From NCBI GenBank assembly GCA_034780895.1, contig JAUZTB010000076.1, positions 43,657,922 through 43,721,921 on the forward strand: a DNA stretch of 64,000 nucleotides, in the 5' to 3' direction. The DNA comes from Rhynchobatus australiae (taxonomy: Eukaryota). Positions 1 to 12,306 of this stretch are shown here, piece by piece (the stretch's first letter is position 1; the number at the start of each line of letters is the position of its first letter). A program made the position numbers and the translations under genes. The notes under the pieces were generated by a model that did no database searches, was not told the DNA's origin, and saw only the letters and a program-made list of their open reading frames with translations.

Positions 1-115
1 CATCTCCTGGCAGTTCTGTAAAAGTAGGGTGGGTGTAGACATTCAGGGTCATGGTCTTGGTGTCACGACCGGCCACATTGGTAGCTATACAAGTGTAGCT
101 ACCAGTGTCATCAGG
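1..115 (-). CDS. HMCN1: HMCN1 exon w36 (cut by window edge): PDDTGSYTCIATNVAGRDTKTMTLNVYTHPTFTELPGD
   Basis: tgctag acceptor, phase 0; reads through into the next Ig domain. Confidence 0.92.
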
Positions 116-1502
116 CTAGCAGAGAATAAAAGAAAATTAGAATTAGGATTTTGACAGATGAAATCTAAAGTCAGCACATCAGGAAATCCTGCTCTATCTA
201 TAATCCTGCTACTCTCTTCCCATCAGGAAAGGTGGCAATCTGCATCACTGATATATTTAGAGATACTGTCTGGCACCTCCCAGGTACCAGATAAATTTTC
301 ACAATTCATGAAAAACCCAGGTATGATTTTATTTAGAACTGTTTCCTTCTTGCATCTTTCAAAGATTAAGTCATTGCTGCCTATTTGCTTTGTGGTCACT
401 TGGAACAGTGATGTTGAAACCTGGCTATTGCAAAAAATGTATTACTGGCAGTATTCAACATAACAAAGATGCTTTCCACATGAAAGAAAATTCAATGCAG
501 AGATGTCACTCTTGAATGAATCAAAATTTTGTTGTTATACAAAAAGGATCTGGATGGGAGGAGAAACTGAGTTGACACTGTTCAATAAATTAGCAAACAT
601 CATTGGAGCAAAGTTTGTCCTGGTTTAGTTGCCTTACTTACATATCTATAATCAATTTTTGTTGGGCCCAATGATTCCTTCTAGTTACCTCTTCCAGTTA
701 TTTAATTGCTATTCATTACAAACTAAAATAATCCTTTAAACAATAAAAAAAGAACCATTGACCATATTGACATTGCTCAAAGTGAGAGTCTGACAAGTCG
801 GTCTGCCTGACTGTTTAATGGATGTACCTGATTATTTCATGCTAAGCATACAATGGATAATGCCACATTGTTAGCATACACCAATTAGAGAACCAGGTTG
901 AATTATATATTCATGTAGATGCAGGTATGATTAGTGCACAGTGAACATATTATTGCTTACNNNNNNNNNNGAGTCACATTTGCTTATAATTTTACGCATT
1001 GCCTGGGGAGAGGAGAAAGTGAAATGGAGACAAAAATCTATAGGTTTTGAGATTGCGAACTGAAAAGGGTAACTTCTCCGAACGTCCCCATTTTAAGGCC
1101 CTGTACAAAAGGTCTAGTTTTTTTTAACTTGGAAATGGGAGCATTACCACACTGTAACAATTACACAACATCTTAAGAAACGGCACATTTTCAAAATATG
1201 TTGAATTATGCCAGCAATTGTACTGAAAATAACCTGTGAAAAGCAAAAGAAATGGAAGTGGGTGTTATCCCTTGAAATCTCCCGATCTGCTCCNNNNNNN
1301 NNNNNNNNNNNNNNNNNNNNNNNCATTTTCCCTCTTGATCACCATATCGCTCAATTCCGTTAGCGTTCTAAAACAAATCAATTTTAGACTTAAATATTCT
1401 CTATTATGAATTCAAATAGATGTGTTAATCAAAACAATCCCTCAAAAGCACAAACGTCACTTTACATTCCACTGCACAAGACAGAGGACTTTTGTAACTT
1501 AC

Positions 1503-1693
1503 CACTGCATTTTCCACAATGAGCTCTCCTGACTGCAATAATCTATATTTGCCTGGTGTGCCCTGCAGGATTTTGCCATCTTTCTGCCAGGTCAGCACTG
1601 GGTCAGGAACACCATCAGCCCTGCATGGTATTATTGCCTGAGATTCCTCAATCGCAGTGAACTCAGTGTGAGAGGTGTGGATGGATGGTGGAA
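1503..1693 (-). CDS. HMCN1: HMCN1 exon w35 (191 bp): (I)PPSIHTSHTEFTAIEESQAIIPCRADGVPDPVLTWQKDGKILQGTPGKYRLLQSGELIVENAV
   Basis: ttacag acceptor, gtaagt donor, phase 1-0; absent from ORF track. Confidence 0.93.
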
Positions 1694-2578
1694 CTGTAAA
1701 AGGCAGATTGAATAATACAGCTTGGTGTAAGTCATAACTTCACACTGGGAGCATCATGAGACAAAGACTTGTCCAATAACTTTATACACACTTGAGTTTC
1801 CAACTTTAGTGATACCTTTCCACAAACAGTTTATTTTTCTTCCATTTGATCCTCTGCTACACTATGAACCCTACAAAATGAGAGTGTAGTCAGTGGATGA
1901 AAATGCATAATATCACTTTCTAGCTGATGATTGAAAACCAGACACTTTACTTTATAACTTTCTTNNNNNNNNNNNNNNNNNNNNNNNNNNNNNNNNNNNN
2001 NNNNNNNNNNNNNNNNNNNNNNNNNNNNNNNNNNNNNNNNNNNNNNNNNNNNNNNNNNNNNNNNTCCAGCGTTTGTGCAAGTGATTGCCTTTCCTTTGGC
2101 ACCTCTCTCCTTGACCTCATGGTTGAGAACTCCTGTTCATTTAATCTCTATTATCCATGAGCTGAACTCGCACGTGCTGAGATAGTTGGGTAGATTCCAT
2201 CAACTGGGATAAGGGAACTGTAGTGAACTCAGTCTGAGGTTTCAGCATTAAACTACTTTTCCCAATGGTTGGCAATCTACTTGTGCATTTCAAATACTCT
2301 GTCGATCAGAGTCTGAGAAATGCAGGCAAGCTGCACAGTGCTGCTGAAAAATGGACAGTGTATGTTTGACTTTTTTTTGAGTTAGGAGAAGGATTAATAC
2401 TCTAGCTGTTCAATGAAAATAATTTTAAAGTTAAGTGTTTTTGATCGGTCTGTTTCTAGCAATTGCTTCAAGGATCTTTTGGTAACTCAGCACAAGCACC
2501 AATGGATGGAGCATGCAGTTAAAGAAATCCAACTGATCTTAAAGATGAGGATGTTGACATAGGTAAAGTAACACTTAC

Positions 2579-2730
2579 TGTGAACTGTCAGAACCATGAC
2601 CGAACTGCTGGAACCTGCAGGATTGGCTGCTGTACAGGTGTATCGTCCAGTGTCTTGGGGCTGGACAAAGGCAATCTGGAGGGCTCCAGTGCTGAGAATC
2701 CTCTGGCGAATGCTCTCGGAAACTGAGATC
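2579..2730 (-). CDS. HMCN1: HMCN1 exon w34 (5' part in N-gap): ...ISVSESIRQRILSTGALQIAFVQPQDTGRYTCTAANPAGSSSSVMVLTVH
   Basis: gtaagt donor; first half of the domain not visible and presumably in gap 2731-3390. Confidence 0.9.
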
Positions 2731-3624
2731 NNNNNNNNNNNNNNNNNNNNNNNNNNNNNNNNNNNNNNNNNNNNNNNNNNNNNNNNNNNNNNNNNNNNNN
2801 NNNNNNNNNNNNNNNNNNNNNNNNNNNNNNNNNNNNNNNNNNNNNNNNNNNNNNNNNNNNNNNNNNNNNNNNNNNNNNNNNNNNNNNNNNNNNNNNNNNN
2901 NNNNNNNNNNNNNNNNNNNNNNNNNNNNNNNNNNNNNNNNNNNNNNNNNNNNNNNNNNNNNNNNNNNNNNNNNNNNNNNNNNNNNNNNNNNNNNNNNNNN
3001 NNNNNNNNNNNNNNNNNNNNNNNNNNNNNNNNNNNNNNNNNNNNNNNNNNNNNNNNNNNNNNNNNNNNNNNNNNNNNNNNNNNNNNNNNNNNNNNNNNNN
3101 NNNNNNNNNNNNNNNNNNNNNNNNNNNNNNNNNNNNNNNNNNNNNNNNNNNNNNNNNNNNNNNNNNNNNNNNNNNNNNNNNNNNNNNNNNNNNNNNNNNN
3201 NNNNNNNNNNNNNNNNNNNNNNNNNNNNNNNNNNNNNNNNNNNNNNNNNNNNNNNNNNNNNNNNNNNNNNNNNNNNNNNNNNNNNNNNNNNNNNNNNNNN
3301 NNNNNNNNNNNNNNNNNNNNNNNNNNNNNNNNNNNNNNNNNNNNNNNNNNNNNNNNNNNNNNNNNNNNNNNNNNNNNNNNNNNNNNNNNNATCGATTGCT
3401 GCCAACCCCACCTTCTGATCCACATCCTATTGACTCCCCCAGAATGGCCACTCTTCCGTGACCCACTGGGTCCAACTCACATGCTCCACCATGTTGGCCT
3501 CATTCTCTCAGCCGTTGCCCATAAGCAAAATGTTAATTGGGCTGGCACAAACCATTTTCTTAATATGCCTTTACAAACACCAACCTTTGTCCAGTAATAG
3601 CAGGAGGAAGTGTGGCTAATTGTA

Positions 3625-3968
3625 CTTTAGAGCAGCACAGTTGTGCAGCTAATAGAACCACTGCCTCACAGTGGCGGAGACCTGGGTTCAATCCTGTCCT
3701 CAGGTACTGTCTGTGTGGAGGTTGCATGTTCCCTTGTGATCAGACAAGGTTTTCCCCCAGATGCTCCTATTTCCTCCCACATCCAAAGTGCTAAATGTTT
3801 ATTGTAAGATGACCCAAGTGTGAGGGGAGTGGTAGAATTTGTGGGGAGTTGTTGAGAATATGGGAACAATAAGAAATAGGATTAATGTAGGATTAGGGTA
3901 TGTGGGTGGCTCATGTTCAGCCGGGATTCAGTGGGATGAAGGGCCTATTTCTATAACTCTATGACTAT
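3625..3968 (+). mobile_element. tRNA-derived V-SINE with CR1-type 3' tail (HE1-like)
   Basis: B-box-like gggttcaatcc; V-domain tgtgtggaggttgcatgttccc...ttcctcccacatccaaag; tail gaagggcctatttctataactctatgact shared with CR1 3' ends in this window. Confidence 0.8.
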
Positions 3969-5048
3969 ATTAATGAGGCTGGATGGCTGTACAGAAGAGA
4001 CAGCTTGTGGCTGGCGATCCACAAATTAACCAGAAGTATATTATCCCAGCAAGCTCTGAGGGAGCCAAGGACTGTGAATGTCCATGTTGTGGGTACCGTG
4101 TGAGACGGAGAGAAGGGGAGAGTTATATGATCCACAAGGGTACATTATTCACAATACTGCAATAAAATCGGCTCCACTATAAGGAGTGATTGGCTTACAA
4201 ATCACGAGAAAATTACTGCAGCTCTGTGTCTGAAGGACTTGTTTGTTCACATAGGACATTTCATCTTAAAATGCGGTAAGGTGGTTTCAATGACAGAAAC
4301 AGACAGAGAAGTTGTTACATTTGTATTTTCTCTTTNNNNNNNNNNNNNNNNNNNNNNNNNNNNNNNNNNNNNNNNNNNNNNNNNNNNNNNNNNNATTTTA
4401 AAGTAACACTACTGTAATTACAGAAGTTGTGTCTGACCACCTGGAATTAAGAAATTATGGGATGTTGAAAATTGTACCAAATGGTTGACACAGATACCAG
4501 GCAGGAAAGGAAAATGGAGCTCAAGTTTGTTTATTCAGGCCTTGTGGGAAAGAGGAAGCTTTGCAAAACTTAGTGTTAAGTCAAAGGAGAAGCTGCAATT
4601 ACACTTGTTTATGGCCAGCAGATTTATTACACATCCATAAGAGTACTGTTGTCAAGGCAGGGGTGACTTGCTCTGTTACCACAAGCTGTACCTCATAGGA
4701 CTGCTGGCAGATTGAACCTGAAGTGATCCTGAGTATATGCAGGACTCAAGTCACAGTGTTACAGGATGGAAAGGGTAGTGTAGAATCTGCTGTTATATTG
4801 AAGATTACTTTCATTTCTCTGTGAAGGTATTTCACCACAGAATAATGAATTATGGTCTTTTGTCATCAAAAATTGCAAATCAGGCCCTCCTCACAGCTGG
4901 TAGTAATTCAATTATTGGCCTGTTGTAAACATGAGTAGCCAGGGGAAGATACAAGTCCTACAGTTTGTTACAAAAACTATTAACTGCAAGATTGCCTGTC
5001 ATCTGGCATAATCTTAAACTGGAGTCCAGGATCTACAGAGCAACTTAC

Positions 5049-5183
5049 CCTGCACTCTCAGCCTAATCTTTCCCAGCGCTGTGCCAGCTGGGTTCTGTGC
5101 AACACACATATATGTCCCAGTATCTTTCACTGAAGCTCGTGTAATCTGAAGACCTCCATTGGGTAGGACAGTGTAATCTCCTT
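5049..5183 (-). CDS. HMCN1: HMCN1 exon w33 (135 bp): xGDYTVLPNGGLQITRASVKDTGTYMCVAQNPAGTALGKIRLRVQ
   Basis: gtgcag acceptor (tandem CAG-AAG), gtaagt donor. Confidence 0.92.
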
Positions 5184-5587
5184 CTGCACAAGACAAAATA
5201 TTACCTTGAGAAGCACTGAGTGATAATATGCTGAACAATAATAGTTGTTCTTTGGACTTTCNNNNNNNNNNNNNNNNNNNNNNNNNNNNNNNNNNNNNNN
5301 NNNNNNNNNNNNNNNNNNNNNNNNNNNNNNNNNNNNNNNNNNNNNNNNNNNNNNNNNNNNNNNNNNNNNNNNNNNNNNNNNNNNNNNNNNNNNNNNNNNN
5401 NNNNNNNNNNNNNNNNNNNNNNNNNNNNNNNNNNNNNNNNNNNNNNNNNNNNNNNNNNNNNNNNNNNNNNNNNNNNNNNNNNNNNNNNNNNNNNNNNNNN
5501 NNNNNNNNNNNNNNNNNNNNNNNNNNNNNNNNNNNNNNNNNNNNNNNNNNNNNNNNNNNNNNNNNNNNNNNNNNNNNNNNNNNNNNN

Positions 5588-5672
5588 GTGCCAGTAGCCT
5601 CACATGGAAGAGTAATGGGATTATTCAGAATCACCTCCAGACTGCTGGGCTGAGTTTGAATCACCGGAGGTT
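5588..5672 (-). CDS. HMCN1: HMCN1 exon w32 (donor in N-gap): (E)PPVIQTQPSSLEVILNNPITLPCEATG...
   Basis: atctag acceptor; 3' part lost in gap 5262-5587. Confidence 0.9.
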
Positions 5673-6259
5673 CTAGATGGAAAATTGAATCATATTGATA
5701 AAAAAAACCCATAAAACTTTCAACCAATCAAAATGTGACATTACACAATATTCAATTTTTAAATTGCAAAGCCTAGATATAGGGTACAAACCTGTTCAAA
5801 TGACCATAAAGGGCACAAACCTGTTCAATGTTCTCCACACCAAACTAGATTTGTTCTTATTACAGATAAATTCAATCAAGTATGTGATTTAGAGTTTTGG
5901 AAATTGCTGTCAATTTAAATAGAACTGTGGATTATGTTCTGCCTCAAGGTAAATGAATACCAAGGCTCTCCTGGTGTACTCCAAAATCAAATTTTGATAG
6001 CATAGCCATGAGGTTATCCCTCAACTGCCATGGAAATGACAAAACCTAACATATGTGGCACATTCTGGTGACCACCAATTAGGATACTGATGTAATGGGC
6101 CTGCAGCTTGGGAAGGAAGTGTCAATTGGAACAAGTTTGTGGTCCTGAGGAAGACTTTAACCACCTTCCAAGGCCTAAAAATGTTTTCTGCATTTTGCAT
6201 TTTATGTTAAGTATTCTGTAAAGTCATACAGCATGCAAACATGCCTTTTGGCCCATGCT

Positions 6260-8045
6260 TACAGAGTTAAAGGGCTAACATTCCTGGTCACAGGATTCTT
6301 AGATGAGATAGTGAAAGGAGATCGAGTGGTCATATTAATTCAAGAAACTACCAGTGAGAAGGATTGATATTTTACAATGATCATCAAACAAATTAAGGTG
6401 GTTTGAACTAAAGAATAAAAAAAATGGGGAATATAGATTATTGGGAGTATACTACTGACCTCCAGTCTTGGGGAAATAGAAGCACAAATCTGCTATGTGC
6501 AAAAATCGCCATGGTAGTAATATTTGGGGGATTTCAGTCATTCCAATATTAACTGGAGATAATCAGTTTGAAAGATAAAGAGAATTTCTGAAACACACAT
6601 TTAAGAGTATTTCTTTAGCATATCCAACAAAGTGGGAGGGTGGGAATTCTGGATTTAGTTTTAGGGAACAAATGTGGTGGGGTGAATGGAATATTTGTGC
6701 AGATACCAAGAACTTAATACAGCAGAAAACCCAGAGAGTATAAGGATGAAGGGAAGGCCTGTAAAAATATAACTGGCGGGTAAAATATAAACATTCAAAT
6801 AGGCTTTATAAGTATGTTAAAGATAAGAAAATAAAAAGTTGGGATTGTTAGGAACCAAAATGGTAAGTTATGTGTGGAGACAGAGGATGTGGTAGGATTA
6901 GTAAGGTGTTTGGACAGGTACTTCGATGGGAAAGGTGTAAAGGGATACCAGCCTGATGGGGGCAAATACGATTAACATAGATGATATCAGGGTCAGTACA
7001 GATGTGGTGGGTCAAAGGGACCCGTGTCTGCGCTGTACGCTTCTATGATTCTATAATCCTTAACAAACACTTAGCAGGTGTCTTTACAAAATATGGGGAC
7101 GATACCAATTTTGTAGATAAAGAGAAAGTCTATGAAATATTTGATGGATTATGCATTGTAAAAGAGAGAGTATTAATGGGTTTAGCATCTTTAAAAGTGG
7201 ATAGGCTGCCAGGCTCAAATGAAATATATCTCAAATGGCTAAAAGAAGCAAGGGAGGAAATTGCAGAGCTTTTGACCATAATTTTTCAATCAGGAGTGAC
7301 ACTGGGAGAATAGATTTCTGCTAATGTTGTGCCATTTAGGGCACAACATTAGGGAGGAAGGGAAGAACCAAGGGATTACAGGCTATTTGGTTTAACTAGC
7401 TCACTTCAAATTATTGGAATGAATTCTGCAGGACAATATTAACCTTCATTTAGAAAGATATAGATTCATTGTAGACAGGCTGTATTATTTTGTTCAGGGA
7501 AAGTCATGTCTGCCTAACGACTGATCTTTTTGAGGAGGTAACAAGGAGGGTTGATGAGGGCAATAGCAGGTCAAATGGATTTAAGTGAAGTTTTTGACAA
7601 GGGGATTCATAGCAAATTGGATCCATGGCAAATTGGATCCAAACTTTGCTCAGGATAATGGTTGAATTGTGCTTTTGTGACTGAAAGATTGCTACCAGTG
7701 GGGTTCCACAGGACTCAGAACTCGTCCCTGGCTTTGTGTGGTGGAGAGAGGNNNNNNNNNNNNNNNNTGACAGAGATATTTGTAGGTGACCCAAAATTTG
7801 ACTCTGCGCTTCACAAGAGGAGGAAAGCTCTTGACTTCAAGAGCAGAAATATGATTTGGTCAACTGGGCAGAAAAATATAATTTAGTCTAGAAAAGAGTT
7901 AATTATTGCATTTGGATAAATGCAACAAAGAAACATGCAATAAATGAGAGGAGACTAAAGAGTGCAGAGAAACAGAGGTCCTTGTCCATGTCCATAGATG
8001 ATTGGAAACAACTGGACAGGTTAATAAGATGGATAAAAAGGCATA
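6260..8045 (+). mobile_element. Decayed CR1-clade LINE ORF2 (APE endonuclease plus RT), internally deleted
   Basis: Remnant motifs LGVYY*PP, GDF..SNINW, ILDLVLG, PGSNEIYLKWLKEAREEIAE, GKSCL, GVPQ; many stops and frameshifts. Confidence 0.85.
6900..7055 (+). mobile_element. Short CR1 3'-end fragment nested in the older CR1
   Basis: Ends gtgctgtacg-like ...cttctatgattctat; host CR1 resumes afterwards. Confidence 0.7.
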
Positions 8046-8049
8046 TAAA

Positions 8050-8450
8050 GAACCTCAGGACATATGAACACGGGAGTAGGCATAGGTCTCTTAGCCCTTC
8101 AAGCCTGGTGTGCTATTCAATATGATTGCGGTTGATCTGCTCCAGCCCTCATCTCCTCTTCTGTGTCAGTTCCCCATCACCCACACTTTCTTGATCTTTC
8201 AAAAATATATATACTTCTTCTTTAAGTATCCTCAATGATTAGCCTCCTCAACCCTCCAGGGTAGAGAATTCCAGAGATTCTTCACTCTCTGCAAGTTCCT
8301 CCACGTCTCAGTTTTAAATGGCCAACCCCTAATCCACTAACTGTGTCCCCTTGTTCGACACTCTCTCAATAGTAGCAATATCTTCACATCTATCCTGGCA
8401 TGCCTGCTAAGGATCTTGTGTGTTTCAATAAGATCACCTCTCATTCTTAA
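8050..8450 (-). mobile_element. CR1 LINE 3' fragment
   Basis: Reverse-oriented CR1 3' UTR and ORF end (gggtagagaattccagagattc; aagatcacctctcattctt). Confidence 0.75.
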
Positions 8451-8454
8451 GGAA

Positions 8455-8855
8455 CATCCTAAAAGGAGGAAAGATGAAGAGAAAGGTAGTTTACACAGAG
8501 AATTCCAAAATATAGGTAGCTCAATGTAAGGCTGTCAATGATGGGTTTGATCTGGAGACCTGATTTGAAGGAGTGCAAATGTCTATAAAGTTTGTAGAAC
8601 TGGAGGAGATTAAAAAAAAAGGTAAACAGTGATACCACAGAGGAATTTGAAAGCTAGGATGAGAATTTTAAATTTCAACTTAACTATTGAAGGCCAAGAA
8701 ACTTAGTTGGTAATTGGGACTCTATATGAGTAAGAACCTAGGTCAAAGTATCTTTGACAATCTCACTTCCAGAAGGTAGGAGGAGGCAGGATGGCCAGAA
8801 TTTGGTTGAAATAGTTTAGTCTACTTGTTACAAAGGTAGGGATGAGAGTTTCAAC
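8455..8855 (-). mobile_element. L2-clade LINE fragment
   Basis: Minus-strand translation VETLIPTFVTSRLNYFN resembles the L2 RT C-terminal motif (TLIHAFVTSRLDYCN). Confidence 0.7.
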
Positions 8856-9266
8856 NNNNNNNNNNNNNNNNNNNNNNNNNNNNNNNNNNNNNNNNNNNNN
8901 NNNNNNNNNNNNNNNNNNNNNNNNNNNNNNNNNAGCTCATTCTCAGGACAACTGGGTTTGCAAATAGTCATTCATTCTGCCTGGGAAAAGGAGAGATGCT
9001 TACAATTTCAAAAAGTGACTTTGTTCGATTTCAAAATTATGCACTCTAATAAAGAAAAGCTTTTTATCTTAATGGAATAAACTCCAGGTGACTGATTTAC
9101 GTTTCCTGAACAACTGACTGTTTGAATCATTCCTTGAATGATTGAGTAATTTGGCATGACTGTGATATTGGAAGAAGTAATGATGAAAGAAAGAGATTTA
9201 TTTCACACTAAATAGTGATTTTATTCATGATATTTGAAATAAAATCACATAAATTCAACTACCTAC

Positions 9267-9374
9267 CTTGTACGCGGAGATTGACTTGCCTACGTGCAGT
9301 GCCAGCAGCATTCTTTGCAACACACGTGTATCTTCCTGCATGATTGAGTTGGGCAGCAGTGAACTCAATTGTTC
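9267..9374 (-). CDS. HMCN1: HMCN1 exon w31 (108 bp): (G)TIEFTAAQLNHAGRYTCVAKNAAGTARRQVNLRVQ
   Basis: attcag acceptor, gtaggt donor. Confidence 0.93.
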
Positions 9375-9659
9375 CTGAATTAGCAAGAAGTTGGGGTGAA
9401 TAAACAGCTAACGATAATATATTTATAGTTTACTTGTGGTGCCATAAATAAATAAATAACGATCTGTCATAAGCTACAAGGTCCACTGGATGTGCAACTA
9501 ATTAGAAAAGTAACAACATAATTAAAATGTATAATTCTTTTCTTAAAATTTGAAGTAAAAAAAAATTATCTGCAGGCTGACTTAATTTCTTCTGTGTGCC
9601 TTTATATGTGAAAATATCTTTCATGTTCTTTGCATACAGCGAATTCTATTTATTGGCTA

Positions 9660-10376
9660 CCAAGCTGGAATAAAAACAGAAAATGCTGGATTTGAAACAC
9701 TCAAGAGATCAGACACCATTTGTGCAGAGCCTTAGTGTTTCAGAATAATGACCTTTAATCAGAATGGAAGAAGTTAGAGATGTTAAGCTTAAAGTAAGTT
9801 GAGTGACAGGATAAAGAACGAAGGGGAGGAAAGAACAAAAGTGAATGTCTTTGAATTGATGGTGTGAATAGTGCAGTAATATCAGCTATTGTGTGGGGAT
9901 AACAAGGAGACTTTGAATATGGTCTGAAATTGAAGCAGAATGTTGAGTCCATTAGATTGTAATGTCCCCTTACAGAAGGCTGCAGTGCTGTCTTCAAGCT
10001 CACGTTGAGCTTCACTGGAGCAGTAAAGGAGGCCCAGTGAGTGATGCCAGAGAGGAAATGAGGTGGAGGATTAAAGTGAGAAATGACTGGAAGCTCGAAG
10101 ATCATTCTTGCAAACCAAACCAACGTATTTTGCATAGCAGTCAATTATATATGTGTAAAGTATAAAATATGTAAAGTATATGTTTCACCTTGAAGGGAAA
10201 GAAAGAGGAGTAAAAATGCATGTGTTGATTCTCCGGTGCTTGCAGAGGAAGTTATTGTGGGAAGTCGAGGAGGCTATGTATGGGTAGGTAAGGGGGTCAT
10301 GCAAATTCTGAAAGGCAAGGGGAGGGGAGATGTTTTTGGTGCTGGTATCATGTAGGAGGTGGCAGATGTGGCAGAG
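9660..10376 (-). mobile_element. Penelope-like retroelement 3' part (Cys linker, GIY-YIG remnant, terminal module)
   Basis: Remnant peptides FLCKHRRINTCIFT and ELPVISHFN; terminal module with a degenerate hammerhead at about 9733-9764. Confidence 0.75.
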
Positions 10377-11013
10377 NNNNNNNNNNNNNNNNNNNNNNNN
10401 NNNNNNNNNNNNNNNNNNNNNNNNNNNNNNNNNNNNNNNNNNNNNNNNNNNNNNNNNNNNNNNNNNNNNNNNNNNNNNNNNNNNNNNNNNNNNNNNNNNN
10501 NNNNNNNNNNNNNNNNNNNNNNNNNNNNNNNNNNNNNNNNNNNNNNNNNNNNNNNNNNNNNNNNNNNNNNNNNNNNNNNNNNNNNNNNNNNNNNNNNNNN
10601 NNNNNNNNNNNNNNNNNNNNNNNNNNNNNNNNNNNNNNGAACTATAACAGTCTGAGATGGATGGTTGCATAGTTAAAATTTCTTTGGGAATTCTTGAATT
10701 TATGTTCAATATTGGCTGATAGTTTATTCCCATAAAGAGAGGAGGAAGGGCAACAAAGAGTCAGATTTGGACCATGAGGAGAGAAGAGAGACTGTAAGCA
10801 AATTCATGGAATTCTCCATTTTATGAAATGGGACTAACAAAGAAATAAACAAAATAACAGCTTTTTGGCAACCAAGGAATAGATTCGTATTTTTAGACTG
10901 GATGATAATCAGTTCTTATAAATGGAAGTCTACTTTTCTCTTTCAGGTATTGCCTGCCATGCTGTACACCTCCTAGATTTCCAGACCTTCCAGGAATGTG
11001 TTTACACTGTTAC

Positions 11014-11178
11014 CTGTGGAGAGAGTGAGATAGCCTTCTCCTTGAGCTGGCAGCCTGACCCCATCTTTGGTCCAGTGAATCCTTGGTTCTGGGACACCAG
11101 AGGCAGTGCAAGTAATAACAGCTGGTGCCAATCGTGTTACCAACAAATCTGTTGCTTCATCAGCAATTGAAGGAGGAA
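11014..11178 (-). CDS. HMCN1: HMCN1 exon w30 (165 bp): (V)PPSIADEATDLLVTRLAPAVITCTASGVPEPRIHWTKDGVRLPAQGEGYLTLST(G)
   Basis: ctttag acceptor, gtaaca donor. Confidence 0.93.
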
Positions 11179-11505
11179 CTAAAGAGAAAAAAAGTTAGAG
11201 GTTTCTAAGTTAATGTTAAAAGTTAAATGGTTCTACTTGAGCTGAATCAGACAATCAAACACAACAACAACAACAACTGACACTCTTGTGAAGAGGGATT
11301 TTATTGGTAGGATAAATAAGTATCTTTGATATTAGTGAACTCAACCTCCAAACACAACACATCCATCACTAACATTTCCATTTTCACTCTGACATGAGTG
11401 TTGCAATGATACTAATGCATTGCCTATCTTCATATTTCTTACAGTGGTTAGCACTGATAAACATTTTTGTTAACCATGAATTAGAATGGACCTTATCTTA
11501 ACCTG

Positions 11506-11509
<4 letters not shown>

Positions 11510-11542
<33 letters not shown>

Positions 11543-11666
11543 GGTCTTTNNNNNNNNNNNNNNNNNNNNNNNNNNNNNNNNNNNNNNNNNNNNNNNNNNN
11601 NNNNNNNNNNNNNNNNNNNNNNNNNNNNNNNNNNNNNNNNNNNNNNNNNACACACACACACACACT
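11510..11666. repeat. (CA)n microsatellite, duplicated across a 100-N gap
   Basis: cacacacacttgcaggtcttt occurs on both sides of the gap. Confidence 0.9.
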
Positions 11667-12184
11667 TGCAGGTCTTTTTATTCCCATCCACATTTTTAAC
11701 TAATAACTATTATTCCAAATGTAGAAATAAACATTAAATCCCACCAAATTATTAACTAAGATAAAGGAATCCAATACTGACAGATGGAATTCCATACTGA
11801 GAGGTTATTTGTGAAAAGGGGATTCAGGCAAAACAATGATTTTGTGCAACAACTGATGTGGCCTGATACATGGGAATTTAAACTCAGCAGCATTTGCATT
11901 TGGGAAGGGAATTGGAGTGTAGCCACTCCCACTGCCCATACATCTGGATTGATAACAAAACTCACATTATCTTTTCAGACAATGGAGTCCACTAACTTCC
12001 TTTAATAAATTGTGCATTGCATTTTCATTAAAATCACTATGGGTAATATTTACCTAAAGCAAATAGATTGACAGCTATGTTAAAATAAAACACAAAAACA
12101 TGCATTAAACCACACCGTGCTGTAAATAAATATCATGCTTTCCAAAGTGAAAAATCAGCTGCATCTTAATTTGACAGTACCCAC

Positions 12185-12306
12185 CTTGTACAGTAAGTTG
12201 GATGGCTCTTTGATCTTCCCCAGCATGATTTGAGACTTTGCACTCGTAATGTGCAGTGTCTTCCACAGTGGGTGAGATGATTACAAGAGAACCAGAGGAA
12301 AGCAGT
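12185..12306 (-). CDS. HMCN1: HMCN1 exon w29 (122 bp): (R)LLSSGSLVIISPTVEDTAHYECKVSNHAGEDQRAIQLTVQ
   Basis: cttcag acceptor, gtgggt donor, phase 2-1. Confidence 0.93.

Noticed and set aside
2487-3597. Long ORFs of 280-330 aa in the ORF track
   Set aside because: They span N-gaps. Only the minus-strand 2579-2730 part is real coding sequence.
3670-3700. tRNA-like B-box here and at 36725 and 15822
   Set aside because: These are SINE heads. No cloverleaf is present and SINE body sequence follows.
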